From: Bacteroidales bacterium
GTDB taxonomy: Bacteria > Bacteroidota > Bacteroidia > Bacteroidales > VadinHA17
Direction of reading: 5' to 3'
Length of the DNA: 64,000 nt
Assembly: GCA_032260385.1 (NCBI GenBank)
Contig: JAVVEL010000015.1
Span: forward strand, 862-64,861
Shown: positions 9,312 through 19,512 of the stretch, in pieces
Layout: the number at the start of each line of letters is the position of its first letter
Position numbering within the stretch: position 1 is the first letter of the stretch
The notes under the pieces: generated by a model
What the model saw: the letters and a program-made list of their open reading frames with translations, nothing else
Database searches by the model: none
What the model was told of the DNA's origin: nothing
Program-made: the position numbers and the translations under genes

Positions 9312-10925
9312 TTATTTATTTTCCTGTTTTTCACCTTCCTTCCTTTTCCGTCTGGCTGCCGTCTGGATACATTCCCTTTGTGAGATTATCACAGAGACAC
9401 CTTTATATGATAGTTCCTCTTTCATCACCTCCGTATTTTCCACGTGATATTTCCTGAGTGGATTTATTAGCCTTATGTGTTCCTTTTCAACACCCAGACC
9501 AGCACAGATAGATTCAAGCCTGTTTGTTGCATGTGACTTTTGCCCACCTGTCATTCCTGTCGTGGAATTATCTGAAATTATAATGGTAACGTGGGCATTT
9601 TTTATCACGGCATCGAGCAGGCCGGTCATTCCTGAATGAGTAAAGGTTGAATCCCCGATTACCGCAACTGAAGGAAACATGCCCCCGTCAGATGCCCCCA
9701 CTGCCATGGTTACCGAGGCGCCCATATCCACACAGGAGTTTATGGCATTATAGGGAGGCAAAGCACCAAGTGTGTAACAACCTATATCAGAAAAGACTCT
9801 TCCCGGTCCGAAGTCTTTCATTGCCTCATTTAGGGCATTGTACATATCAGCATGACCACAGCCCTTGCAAAGGGACGGAGGCCTGTTCCTTACTATAGGA
9901 GGTATATCTTTGCCATAAGCCGACTCCCTGCCAAGGGCCCCGGCCACCAGGTTAGGATTCAATTCACCATCTCTTGGTAATGCCCCGTCAAGCCTTCCGC
10001 TGATTTTATTATTTAACCTGGGGAAGCCTTTCATCATTTCTTCCAGAATAGGATAGCCTTCTTCGAGGACAAGTATCCGGTCACATTCCTCCTGAAGCCT
10101 CAAAAGTAAATCTTCGCGAACAGGATAAGAACCTATTTTCACCAGTGGATACTTACATTTCCCCCCTTTGCAGTTTTCTGCCAGGTAGTTGAAGGCCAGA
10201 CCGCATGCAACAATGCCCAGTGATTTATCCTCACCGTCAATATACCAGTTTGCTTTTTGAAGATCATCATCAACAGCCAGTGACTCGTAATTTGACAGCA
10301 GTACTTTGTATTTCCTCCTGGCTATGGCAGGCAGGAGAACGAACTGACGCAGGTCTGAAGGGAAGCTGAATTCTTTCTGGTCAAGCTTTGTCCTTTGGTG
10401 AACGGCACTCCGTGAGTGTGCAAGACGTGTGGTTATCCTGAAAAGAACGGGCACCCTGTATTTTTCAGATATCTCAAAAGCATCAAAAATCATATCATAT
10501 GCCTCCTGCTGGTTTGAAGGCTCAAGAATGGGCACCAATGCAAACCTGCCGTAAAAGCGTGAATCCTGCTCATTCTGTGATGAGTGCATTGAAGGGTCGT
10601 CGGCGGCTACAACAATCAGGCCTCCGTTCACACCTGTCATTGCTGAATTGATAAAACCATCAGCAGCAACATTGAGGCCAACATGCTTCATGGCAACCAT
10701 TGCACGCTTACCTGTATATGACATCCCCAGGGCAGCTTCCATGGCCGTTTTTTCATTGGCTGACCAGTCACGACAAATATTCATGGCGGCAGCATCCGGA
10801 GACGACTGTATATATTCCATTATTTCTGTGGAGGGAGTGCCGGGATATGCATACATACCGCTTAAACCGGCATCAATGGCAGCCTGGGCAAGCGCTTCAT
10901 CGCCCAGTAACATTAATTTGGACAT
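9312..10925 (-). CDS. iorA: Indolepyruvate ferredoxin oxidoreductase alpha subunit, short form without C-terminal ferredoxin
   Basis: YPGTPSTEI, MKHVGLNVAAD, DDPSMHSSQNEQD, CKGCGH, DIGCYTLG, GDSTFTHSG, TGMTGGQ. Start placed at MSKLML. Confidence 0.93.
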   Translation of the reverse strand: MSKLMLLGDEALAQAAIDAGLSGMYAYPGTPSTEIMEYIQSSPDAAAMNICRDWSANEKTAMEAALGMSYTGKRAMVAMKHVGLNVAADGFINSAMTGVNGGLIVVAADDPSMHSSQNEQDSRFYGRFALVPILEPSNQQEAYDMIFDAFEISEKYRVPVLFRITTRLAHSRSAVHQRTKLDQKEFSFPSDLRQFVLLPAIARRKYKVLLSNYESLAVDDDLQKANWYIDGEDKSLGIVACGLAFNYLAENCKGGKCKYPLVKIGSYPVREDLLLRLQEECDRILVLEEGYPILEEMMKGFPRLNNKISGRLDGALPRDGELNPNLVAGALGRESAYGKDIPPIVRNRPPSLCKGCGHADMYNALNEAMKDFGPGRVFSDIGCYTLGALPPYNAINSCVDMGASVTMAVGASDGGMFPSVAVIGDSTFTHSGMTGLLDAVIKNAHVTIIISDNSTTGMTGGQKSHATNRLESICAGLGVEKEHIRLINPLRKYHVENTEVMKEELSYKGVSVIISQRECIQTAARRKRKEGEKQENK

Positions 10926-10968
10926 ATGATATTTTTTTTGATTTTCAAATTCTCTGACTTCATAAGCC

Positions 10969-11433
10969 TTAACCATCTTTTTTTAGATGATTCCTCAGGT
11001 CGCCGGGAATCAAACTCCTTATATGTTCGTTTACAAAATCAAAACAAAAATCTTCAAGTGAGTCCCTGATAGCAGCAAGTTTTTGAAGAATAGCCTCTTC
11101 ATCTCCTTCGAGAGTCCGGCAATCCTGGGATGTTTTTTCAATGAGGGTCGGATTGCCGGGTAGTTCACTTATGATGTCCCTTCCTCTTTCTTCAGCCATG
11201 TTTATAATATAGTCAAAATGCTTTTCAGGCAAGTCCATGACGGAATTGGATTCGCTGCCTGCTATATCTATCATGGCATCCATCATAACCTTTACGGCAA
11301 AGGGGTTTATTTCAGAAGGGCTGTAACCAGCGCTGTAAATCAAGGCTTCATTACCACAGTAATACCTTAACCAGCCTTCCATCATAAGGCTGCGGCAATC
11401 ATTTCCGCTACCTATTACAAGAATTTTCTTCAT
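10969..11433 (-). CDS. ArsC/LMW-PTP fold protein with degenerate active site
   Basis: P-loop ILVIGSGNDCRSLMMEG (canonical VLFLCTGNSCRSQMAEG), plus YSAG, INPFAVKVM, FDYII and IRD. Confidence 0.8.
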   Translation of the reverse strand: MKKILVIGSGNDCRSLMMEGWLRYYCGNEALIYSAGYSPSEINPFAVKVMMDAMIDIAGSESNSVMDLPEKHFDYIINMAEERGRDIISELPGNPTLIEKTSQDCRTLEGDEEAILQKLAAIRDSLEDFCFDFVNEHIRSLIPGDLRNHLKKDG

Positions 11434-11591
11434 AGGTCATATTAATTTTTTTAAAGATATTAATTATTGTTTAATTCTTAAATCAAGCCCTGCCTATTTG
11501 TACTGCTATATAACAGATCGACGGGGAAACCGTCTTTTTTTTTATATATTCGCCAGCGATTTCAGAAGGAGAGGAAAAACCCCCCGGACAG

Positions 11592-12182
11592 ATGAATAAC
11601 AGGCAAAACGCATCAATTATAAAAACCTCAAGGAAAATACACAGAGTGATTGCCGCAGGCTTATTTATACTGTTCTTGCTTATACCGGTAACAGGTATTA
11701 TACTTGGCTGGAAAAAAAACACCGGAGACATTATCCTTCCAAGATCCTACGAAGGCAGTACTACCAATACGGCCGAATGGTTATCATATGATACCCTTGA
11801 AATGGTTGCCTGTAAAGCCCTGCTTGATTATGCCGGCAAAAACATATCCACTGACCTTGACCGCATTGATGCAAGACCCTCAAAGGGAATGGTGAAATTT
11901 ATTTTTACGGATCACTACTGGGAAGTTCAACTCGATGCTGCAACTGCTGAAATACTGAATATTTCAAAAAGGAGATCAGATATAATTGAAAATATCCATG
12001 ACGGATCAATCCTGGATAAGATCTTTAGGACGGAAGAAGGGGTATTTAAAATCCTTTATACCTCCCTTGTCGGACTGTCACTGCTGGCCCTTGCAATAAC
12101 AGGATTCTGGCTCTGGTATGGCCCGAAACTCATGAAAATGAATAAACGCAATGACAATAGCCGTAATAAGCTGAGGCACTGA
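11592..12182 (+). CDS. PepSY-associated TM helix protein
   Basis: RKIHR...VTGIIL TM helix, PepSY-like EVQLDAATAEIL, IENIHDG and ITGFWLW. Confidence 0.85.
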   Translation: MNNRQNASIIKTSRKIHRVIAAGLFILFLLIPVTGIILGWKKNTGDIILPRSYEGSTTNTAEWLSYDTLEMVACKALLDYAGKNISTDLDRIDARPSKGMVKFIFTDHYWEVQLDAATAEILNISKRRSDIIENIHDGSILDKIFRTEEGVFKILYTSLVGLSLLALAITGFWLWYGPKLMKMNKRNDNSRNKLRH

Positions 12183-12326
12183 CTTAAATTGCCACACCGC
12201 AGGAGGTCCTTAATACAAGCTTCAAGGTATTTGCAGTTATTAGTTAAATATATCATAAAATGACCCCGATGTTTCCTTAATCAAATCAATTTGCATTTCT
12301 TTATATAATATTTATATTGATATACA

Positions 12327-12998
12327 GTGAATCGATTAGTATCAATAATAATATTCATTTTCCTTTTTCTGCCTGCCTTGTCGCAGGAGATAGCTCCATT
12401 ACGATATATCCAGGTACACGGCCTTGTTTTTGACAATGAAAATACTCCTGTAAGGTACGTAAACATTATTTCCAAAGGTCTCAGAACAGGAACCGAGACT
12501 GATGACAGGGGAATATTCTCAATAATCTCCTATCCGGGTGACACACTAATATTCTCTTCCATAGGCTACCAGCCTACATTTACCAGGATCCCCACCGGGG
12601 TAGACAGCCCGGTATTCACTGTGGATATTATTATGAATATCGACACCATTGACATCGGATCGGTCCTTGTACTTCCATGGAGAACCTACGAAGAGTTCAA
12701 AAGAGCTGTGGTCGAATATGTCAGCCCCATGGAAATTGAGATTAGCAATATGGAGAAAAACCTTGCTCTTATAGAAAGTCAAATAAATCAAGATGCAAAC
12801 ATTACGCCTGAAGCAGGACACAGATATGCCATGCAACAGGAAGCAGAAAGGATAATGACAAGGAACCAAACTCCTGTAAATAACCTTTTTAACCCCTTTG
12901 CCTGGGCAAAATTTATTGACGGTCTCAAAAACGGGCTGCTTAAAAATAAAGAATCAAAGAAAAAGAAAGACAGGGATAATAATACGGATTACGACTAA
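12327..12998 (+). CDS. Exported protein with carboxypeptidase-regulatory-like (CarboxypepD_reg) domain
   Basis: Signal peptide; GLVFD..TPVRYVNI, GTETDDRGIFSI, DTLIFSSIGY; C-terminal NLFNPFAWAKFI. Confidence 0.8.
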   Translation: MNRLVSIIIFIFLFLPALSQEIAPLRYIQVHGLVFDNENTPVRYVNIISKGLRTGTETDDRGIFSIISYPGDTLIFSSIGYQPTFTRIPTGVDSPVFTVDIIMNIDTIDIGSVLVLPWRTYEEFKRAVVEYVSPMEIEISNMEKNLALIESQINQDANITPEAGHRYAMQQEAERIMTRNQTPVNNLFNPFAWAKFIDGLKNGLLKNKESKKKKDRDNNTDYD

Positions 12999-13016
12999 AC
13001 TGATAAGCAAGCTGAA

Positions 13017-15437
13017 ATGGCCAGATCTGTTTTCTTTTCCTTCCTTTTATTCAGTTTCATACAGATAGAGGCTCAACCCGGCAACACTGTTATCATGGGC
13101 TATGTGAGTGATACTGCAGGCATGCCGCTGGCACTTGTCAATATAGGGGTAAAAGATATGCCCTATGGCACTTATTCAGGAGAAAACGGTTCATATATCC
13201 TCTCAATGCCTGCTGATAATAATGACCACCAGCTGGTGTTTTCCTATATGGGGTACAAGGCTTATGAGACCCTCTTCAATGCAAGCCCCGACACACTGCT
13301 GATAAATGCAGAACTGAAAACGGAGGTTACCCGCCTGGAGGAAGTAATTATAAGCGAATACATGCAAAGGGAAGCGCCCACTCTTAAGAACATTTCATTG
13401 AAAGATTTCAGGCTCATGCCGGTAGTCTCCGGTAATCTGGAAAAACTGCTTGTATCTCTCCCGGGAGTTAACTCCGGTAATGAGCTGTCGAACCGGTACA
13501 GCGTCAGGGGTGGTAACTATGACGAAAACCTTGTTTATGTAAATGACGTAGAAATTTACCACCCTTCTCTCATTAAAACAGGGCAGCAGGAAGGTCTGAG
13601 TATCCTGAACCCCGACCTTATCAGTAGTGTAAGGTTCTCTGCGGGAGGCTTCAATGCTTCCTATGGCGACAGGATGTCGTCAGTTCTGGATATCAGGTAC
13701 AAGGATCCTGAGCTTAAGAAGGCATCGGTTAAAGCCGGCTTGCTTATAAATTCCTTTCATCTCGAAGGGAGAGGAAAAAATAAGCGTTTCACCTACCTTG
13801 CAGGAGCACGCTATAAAACAAACCAGCTTCTTCTCCAGACACTCGATACAAAAGGGAACTATAAACCATCTTTCTATGATATACAATCCTTACTTGGTTA
13901 CCGCTTGTCACCAAAGGCAGAGCTCAGATTGATGGCCAGCTATAATTCAAACACATACTCATTTATCCCGGCTTCAAGAAGAAGTACCTTCGGAAACATA
14001 AATGAAGCCTACCTGCTGTATGTGCTGTACGACGGTTCTGAGACTGACAGCTATAATTCTTTTAACCTGGCACTATCCCTGAACCTCGTATCAGGGAACA
14101 ATTTCAATAACAGGTTTATTGCCCACTATTATAATTCGGCAGAAAAGGAAAAATACGATATCAGGGGATCCTACGCCCTGAACCTCCTGGATAAAAATAT
14201 GGGCTCAGAAAATTTCGGTGACAGTGTAATGAATGTTGGAGTGGGAAGCTGGCTCAGTCATGCACGAAATATCCTTCGCTTCAATATTGTTACACTAAAC
14301 TATAAGGGCAGGTGGGAGTATAGCAATAATATAATAAGCTATGGTCTTAAGTACAACCATGAATCAGGCAGTGACAGGATAAGGGAATGGGAGAAAATTG
14401 ATTCTGCCGGATACAGTATACCATATTCTGACAATCAACTTCTGCTAAGCAGGCTTGTCAGTAATGACACAAGCTTGTCAACAACTAAATTTGAGTTGTA
14501 CATTATTGATAACTATACTTTTACCCTCTCTGATCAACAATTTGTTTTCACCGGTGGAGTACGATTAAGTTACTGGTCGTTCTCAAATGAATTACTTTTC
14601 AGCCCAAGGGTATCACTGTCATGGAGCCCCCCTTCAAACAGAGCAAGATTCTATATATCTGGTGGAATATACTACCAGCCACCCTTCTACAGGGAAATGA
14701 GATATCCCTCAGGTACAATAAACAGTGACATCAGATCACAAAAATCTATTCATACAGTTCTTGGAGCAAATTATGATTTTTCCATTGGTACTACTCCATT
14801 GAGATTAACCGGGGAGGTATATTATAAAAAGCTTGAAAACATTATACCCTATAAATATGATAATGTAAGGATAGTTTATTCAGCAGAAAATATAGCCTCC
14901 GGCTTTGTGAGAGGCATTGATCTGCGACTTAACGGCGAATTTGTAAAAGAGGCCGAATCATGGATCTCATTCTCGCTTATGGATGCAAGGCATGATATTG
15001 AGAACGATGGCTACGGGTATTTCCCCGCTCCATCCGACAGCAGGTTTTCCGTTAACATCTTCTTCCAGGATTATTTCCCCTCAAATCCTTCTTACAGGGC
15101 GCATATAAATCTTCATTACAGTACAGGCATACCTGTAAGCTCTCCTTATTCGGACCGCTATGACAGCTACAGGAGGATGCCCCCGTACCGAAGGGTCGAC
15201 ATAGGATTTACCAGGCTTATCAAAGGCAAATATTCAGGTACAGGCAAGGGCTTCATTTCTTCATTTGATGAAATAATAGCAGGTTTTGAGATCTTTAACC
15301 TCCTGGATATAAGGAATACAATATCCTATAACTGGCTCACAACAGTTAACAACCTCAGTGGTGAGACAAGGCAGTACGCTGTACCCAATTACCTGACGGG
15401 AAGAAGTTTCAACTTAAGATTGATGATTAACTTCTGA
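13017..15437 (+). CDS. TonB-dependent receptor-like outer-membrane protein
   Basis: CarboxypepD_reg N-terminus; plug motifs LPGV, YSVRGGNYDENLVYVN, GGFNASYGDRMSSVLDI; FNLLD; terminal Phe. Confidence 0.9.
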   Translation: MARSVFFSFLLFSFIQIEAQPGNTVIMGYVSDTAGMPLALVNIGVKDMPYGTYSGENGSYILSMPADNNDHQLVFSYMGYKAYETLFNASPDTLLINAELKTEVTRLEEVIISEYMQREAPTLKNISLKDFRLMPVVSGNLEKLLVSLPGVNSGNELSNRYSVRGGNYDENLVYVNDVEIYHPSLIKTGQQEGLSILNPDLISSVRFSAGGFNASYGDRMSSVLDIRYKDPELKKASVKAGLLINSFHLEGRGKNKRFTYLAGARYKTNQLLLQTLDTKGNYKPSFYDIQSLLGYRLSPKAELRLMASYNSNTYSFIPASRRSTFGNINEAYLLYVLYDGSETDSYNSFNLALSLNLVSGNNFNNRFIAHYYNSAEKEKYDIRGSYALNLLDKNMGSENFGDSVMNVGVGSWLSHARNILRFNIVTLNYKGRWEYSNNIISYGLKYNHESGSDRIREWEKIDSAGYSIPYSDNQLLLSRLVSNDTSLSTTKFELYIIDNYTFTLSDQQFVFTGGVRLSYWSFSNELLFSPRVSLSWSPPSNRARFYISGGIYYQPPFYREMRYPSGTINSDIRSQKSIHTVLGANYDFSIGTTPLRLTGEVYYKKLENIIPYKYDNVRIVYSAENIASGFVRGIDLRLNGEFVKEAESWISFSLMDARHDIENDGYGYFPAPSDSRFSVNIFFQDYFPSNPSYRAHINLHYSTGIPVSSPYSDRYDSYRRMPPYRRVDIGFTRLIKGKYSGTGKGFISSFDEIIAGFEIFNLLDIRNTISYNWLTTVNNLSGETRQYAVPNYLTGRSFNLRLMINF

Positions 15438-15523
15438 AACCAGGTTAAGCCTGAAGGAAAATATCCGCCATGACGGGAACAGAAGTTTATCGTGTCGCCG
15501 ATATAACAGTCAGCTTCTGAATT

Positions 15524-16477
15524 TTACAGAAACCGGGTCATGACCCAGTAAATAAAAGGGAGTGTAATTATACTCATTATGGTCGATACAAATACATTTG
15601 CAGTGGCCAGATGATCATCCACTTCATACATCTTGGCTATGATAACTATGTTTGCCATACATGGCATCGCTGATTCCACTACTACCACGGAAACGATAAG
15701 CGGATCAATACCGCCCAGTATATTCCTGTTTAGGGCTGCAAATCCCAGTATGAAAAGAAAAGGAAAAAGAAGGGTTTTATTAAATGAGGTCAGGTAAACA
15801 AACTTATTTGTAAAAACGCCCTTAACCTTCATTAAACCAAGCAGTGCTCCAATGTATAGCATTGAAAGATAAATGGTTGTGCCACCCAGGCTGACAAAGG
15901 GCTTCAAGAGAAAGCCGGGTATTTTAATATTCAGAAGAAAGAGGGCAAAACCTGCCATAATAGCCACTGAATTGGGATTGATCATATTCTTCATGCTCTT
16001 GCTTAAACTCATCCCTCCTTTCCTGGCAATGAGGTAGATACCAACTGTCCACAAAAGCATTATTGATACAAAGGCATATATACTGGCATAAAAAAGACCC
16101 ATCTCACCAAACAGGGCACTTACAACGGGAAAGCCAAAATAAAGAACATTACCGAAAGCATTGTGTGGAACAAAAACTGACTTCTGCTCATGCTTCATCC
16201 TGAAAGAGAATGTGAAGAAGTAGGCAATCAGCAACATTACGAGAATCATAACAAGAGAGATAATAATCAAGATATAACTGTTTCTCAGTATCTCAGGACT
16301 CATCTCCAGCTTGCTGAAATTGGTAAAGAGAAGAAGAGGTAAGGTAATGTTAAATATAATTTTTACCAGGGCATCCCTTGCCCCTTCCTTTATTATTCCG
16401 ATTTTAGATGCAATTACACCTATGATTACCAGAACAGCAAGGTATGATATTTGTTCCAGGATAATTGATTGTTGCAT
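15524..16477 (-). CDS. AEC (auxin efflux carrier) family transporter
   Basis: ITLPLLLF, FGNVLYFGFPVV, AMPC and STIMSIITLP motifs; about 10 TM helices. Confidence 0.9.
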   Translation of the reverse strand: MQQSIILEQISYLAVLVIIGVIASKIGIIKEGARDALVKIIFNITLPLLLFTNFSKLEMSPEILRNSYILIIISLVMILVMLLIAYFFTFSFRMKHEQKSVFVPHNAFGNVLYFGFPVVSALFGEMGLFYASIYAFVSIMLLWTVGIYLIARKGGMSLSKSMKNMINPNSVAIMAGFALFLLNIKIPGFLLKPFVSLGGTTIYLSMLYIGALLGLMKVKGVFTNKFVYLTSFNKTLLFPFLFILGFAALNRNILGGIDPLIVSVVVVESAMPCMANIVIIAKMYEVDDHLATANVFVSTIMSIITLPFIYWVMTRFL

Positions 16478-16548
16478 TAATAGTTGAGTTTACCGGTTTT
16501 TAATAAGGTGGTAAAAATAATAATTTATAATTTCGTATCGCAGAAGAT

Positions 16549-17292
16549 ATGAAAAGGCACGAAGGTAAAATAGTGGGCATCATGGGGACAATTATAATAC
16601 ATATAATTGCAGGTATAATATTTATGTCGGCCAAACTGTCTTCTGTCTACCGTGAAAAACAATCCGAATTTCTTGTTGAATTTCAGGCCGACAAGGAATT
16701 TAAGGAAGATGAAATTGTTGAGGTTCCGGTAAGCCTGGAGGAACTATTCAAGGGTGATGACAGGTTTACCGACATAATAAGAAATATTGCCAGCAGCGAT
16801 GAGATAGAGATAAACAAGGAAGATTATATCGACAGGGTTAAGGAAGAAATGATAGCGGAAGGCAAACTGGGCGAAGATAATTACCTTGATCGCCAGAAAA
16901 AAATGCTTGAAGAAATGGATGAAGGGGACACTGCTTTTGAATCGGGAGAGGAAGACAGTATAGATCTTGCTGAACAGATGTCAGCCAATGAACTGGCAGC
17001 AAATTATGACGGGCCCACACGTGTATTCTACAATCTGCCTGGCAGGTACCATCTGAATCTGCCAATCCCCATCTACAAATGTGAAAATGCCGGTATTGTG
17101 GTAATGAATATTACGGTCGATCCCGCGGGTGAAATAACAGCCTTCAGCTATAATGATACTGAAAGTTCCACAACAAGCGAATGCTTATATGAAGCTGCCG
17201 TGGGTGCAATTAAAAGAACCAGGTTCAACCCCGATCCTTCAGCTCCCAGGAAACAGGAAGGGACAATAAGCTACCAGTTTGTAGCCCAATAA
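16549..17292 (+). CDS. TonB-like energy transducer
   Basis: N-terminal TM with His (GTIIIHII), acidic linker, TonB C-domain PIYKC...GIVVMNITVD...QEGTISYQFVAQ. Confidence 0.8.
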   Translation: MKRHEGKIVGIMGTIIIHIIAGIIFMSAKLSSVYREKQSEFLVEFQADKEFKEDEIVEVPVSLEELFKGDDRFTDIIRNIASSDEIEINKEDYIDRVKEEMIAEGKLGEDNYLDRQKKMLEEMDEGDTAFESGEEDSIDLAEQMSANELAANYDGPTRVFYNLPGRYHLNLPIPIYKCENAGIVVMNITVDPAGEITAFSYNDTESSTTSECLYEAAVGAIKRTRFNPDPSAPRKQEGTISYQFVAQ

Positions 17293-17333
17293 AACGTGCA
17301 AAAGTAATGAGTACTTATTTTAAGGGCTGATGT

Positions 17334-18062
17334 TCAGAAAAGCATGGACTGGCCAGGGTATTTATATTCTTTTATCAACGCGGGTGTATTCCTGTTTATT
17401 TTTTGCTTGGTGATAAGCGGACCAATGGTGTGGGCTTTCAGGGCATCATCAGGAAAAGGTTCGAAAATGGTATCGATTTCTGCTTCATCAGACTTATAGT
17501 CAATCCATTTTTCAAGATCCCCGTCATGAAGAATCACAGGCATTCTTTTTTTTGTATTATGTATTTCGGAAAGCAGTTTATTGGCCCTTGTAGTTATTAT
17601 TGTGAATGTGAGGATATCCTTCCCGTCAGCCGGGTTCCTCCAACTGTCGTACAATCCTGCCAGCATCATTATCCCCGGCTGTGAAGGGTAGATATACCAT
17701 GGGATTTTCTTTCCTCCTGTGCGTTGCCATTCATAGAATCCTCTTACAGGTATAATGCACCTGCTTCTCCTGAAAGGTTCTTTAAAGGAAGGTTTTTTTG
17801 CCAGTGTTTCTGCCCTGGCATTAAATGTCATATACCTTATTTTCTGAGCTTCCTCCTCCCCTTCTGCCCATCCGGGAATAAGTCCCCACTTTAGCATCCT
17901 GATATTATATTCATCACCGAAAAAGCCAGTAACCGGTAATTCAGGCAGGGAACCGGCATGATAATAATAGCTCGGACGGTAGTTTTCGTGATCTATGAAA
18001 GCTGTATTATACCTTTTCTCAAGCTCTTCCCTGGTAATATTTACATTTACCGTAAAACACAT
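17334..18062 (-). CDS. SRAP / SOS response-associated peptidase (YedK/HMCES family abasic-site protein)
   Basis: Cys2, KWGLIP, FNARAET, RCIIPVRGFYEW, FTIITT and IHNTKKRMPVIL. Confidence 0.93.
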   Translation of the reverse strand: MCFTVNVNITREELEKRYNTAFIDHENYRPSYYYHAGSLPELPVTGFFGDEYNIRMLKWGLIPGWAEGEEEAQKIRYMTFNARAETLAKKPSFKEPFRRSRCIIPVRGFYEWQRTGGKKIPWYIYPSQPGIMMLAGLYDSWRNPADGKDILTFTIITTRANKLLSEIHNTKKRMPVILHDGDLEKWIDYKSDEAEIDTIFEPFPDDALKAHTIGPLITKQKINRNTPALIKEYKYPGQSMLF

Positions 18063-18092
18063 ATCAGGTCCTGTTTCTGATGCATAATCATA

Positions 18093-19400
18093 TTAATATA
18101 AAGAAGCGGGCAAGGGGTCCAGGGGAAGGGGCAGCTGGTAGTTAAAAAGGTTTGTATCATGCCATGAAGGAGTATTATTAATCACTCTTGACATCAAATG
18201 GTTAATATCAGTGGTAAACATTGAGCTTTTCCATGTGCTGGTATTCAGCAAAACGGCCCAGAGTGTACCGTCAGGACAACGTTTAATCATAGCTGATGTT
18301 CCTGCAAATGAACCTGTTCTCCACCAGTTACCGTTTTTTGTTGTGGCCTTCCAACCCACCGGTGCAAATCCGTTGCTGCGATCTGTCATGAATTCAATGG
18401 AAGGTTCAGGGAGGATATCTTCACCCATATCAAGCCCGTCAACAGACATTACAAATTTCAGCAGGTCCGGTGCAGTAGTGATCCAGGCCCCCGCACCACC
18501 AAGTGCTTCAATATCATTACCCCCGTAAGCTGCCGGGAGCATCTCACCTGTACCATATATTGATTCTTTAGGCATGGCGTCACCGTGTTCATAATACCTC
18601 ACTTCAAGAGGATCCTTTTCTTCATAAAGGTTCCTGGCGAGTTCAAAATCGTAAATCCCCAGGGGATTAAAAATTTCCTTTTTGCAGTAATCCTCATAGC
18701 TCATGCCCGAGACCTCTTCCACTACTAAACCGAGTATGGCATATCCGAGGTTTGAATAGGAACGTCCCTTTCCGGGGGTATAATGTAGTCTTTTATCAAG
18801 AGCAAACCTGATTATATCTTCTGTAGTCACCGGTAAGTCCCTGCCGAGGAAGTCAGCAACAATATGCGGCATAAACATATGATCACCATACCTGTGACTC
18901 CATCCACCCTGGTGGGCAAGCAGGTGTGCAACAGTGATATCACAGGCTCTTTGGTCTTTGGGGTCCTTAAAATATTCCCTGTCAAGTATTCCACCGCTGC
19001 CAAATACCTTATCTTTAAGACTGAGCTTACCTTCTGACTGCAGTTTCATGATGGCCGTGGCAGTTATAAGTTTTGAAATACTGGCGATCCTGAACCTGTG
19101 ATAGGGCTGAACCTCAATATTCCTGCTCGAATCTGCCATACCATAACCTTTCGCAAAAACCAGTTTACCATCCCTGACGATAGCCACGGATGCACCGCTT
19201 ACCTCCCAGTAGCGAAGAAAATTAGTAAATGACCTGTCAATATAAGAATACTCACCAACATTGTAATCATTCCTTATCCTTGTGTTTTCAGGCGTCAGAA
19301 CCGTGTCCGGCAGGCGCATTCCCCCTATAGAATGAGGCTTATAACTTAAAACCGTAAAAAAAATAAAAAGTAATATATACCTGTAGAATTTCCCCTTCAT
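18093..19400 (-). CDS. Serine hydrolase, beta-lactamase/PBP-like family, exported
   Basis: FRIASISK (SxxK), LLAHQGG, YSN (YxN), GAGAW and WRTGS. Start placed at MKGKF, downstream of TACCTTTG at 19419-19426. Confidence 0.9.
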   Translation of the reverse strand: MKGKFYRYILLFIFFTVLSYKPHSIGGMRLPDTVLTPENTRIRNDYNVGEYSYIDRSFTNFLRYWEVSGASVAIVRDGKLVFAKGYGMADSSRNIEVQPYHRFRIASISKLITATAIMKLQSEGKLSLKDKVFGSGGILDREYFKDPKDQRACDITVAHLLAHQGGWSHRYGDHMFMPHIVADFLGRDLPVTTEDIIRFALDKRLHYTPGKGRSYSNLGYAILGLVVEEVSGMSYEDYCKKEIFNPLGIYDFELARNLYEEKDPLEVRYYEHGDAMPKESIYGTGEMLPAAYGGNDIEALGGAGAWITTAPDLLKFVMSVDGLDMGEDILPEPSIEFMTDRSNGFAPVGWKATTKNGNWWRTGSFAGTSAMIKRCPDGTLWAVLLNTSTWKSSMFTTDINHLMSRVINNTPSWHDTNLFNYQLPLPLDPLPASLY

Positions 19401-19512
19401 ACTATGTATTTGTCGTAGCAAAGGTAATAAAACATAAAAAAAATGGAAGCTGGTATAATAATTACAGGGTTAATAAATAATAGATTTATCAACAAAAGAG
19501 CATGTCGGCTCA

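Noticed and set aside
15481-15520. CAGAAG...CTTCTG possible structured RNA between the TBDR and AEC genes
   Set aside because: Short, interrupted stem; at most a weak terminator.
18093-19400. Serine hydrolase as an antibiotic-resistance beta-lactamase
   Set aside because: SxxK/YxN motifs are shared by many esterases and peptidases; no class-specific signature or mobile context.
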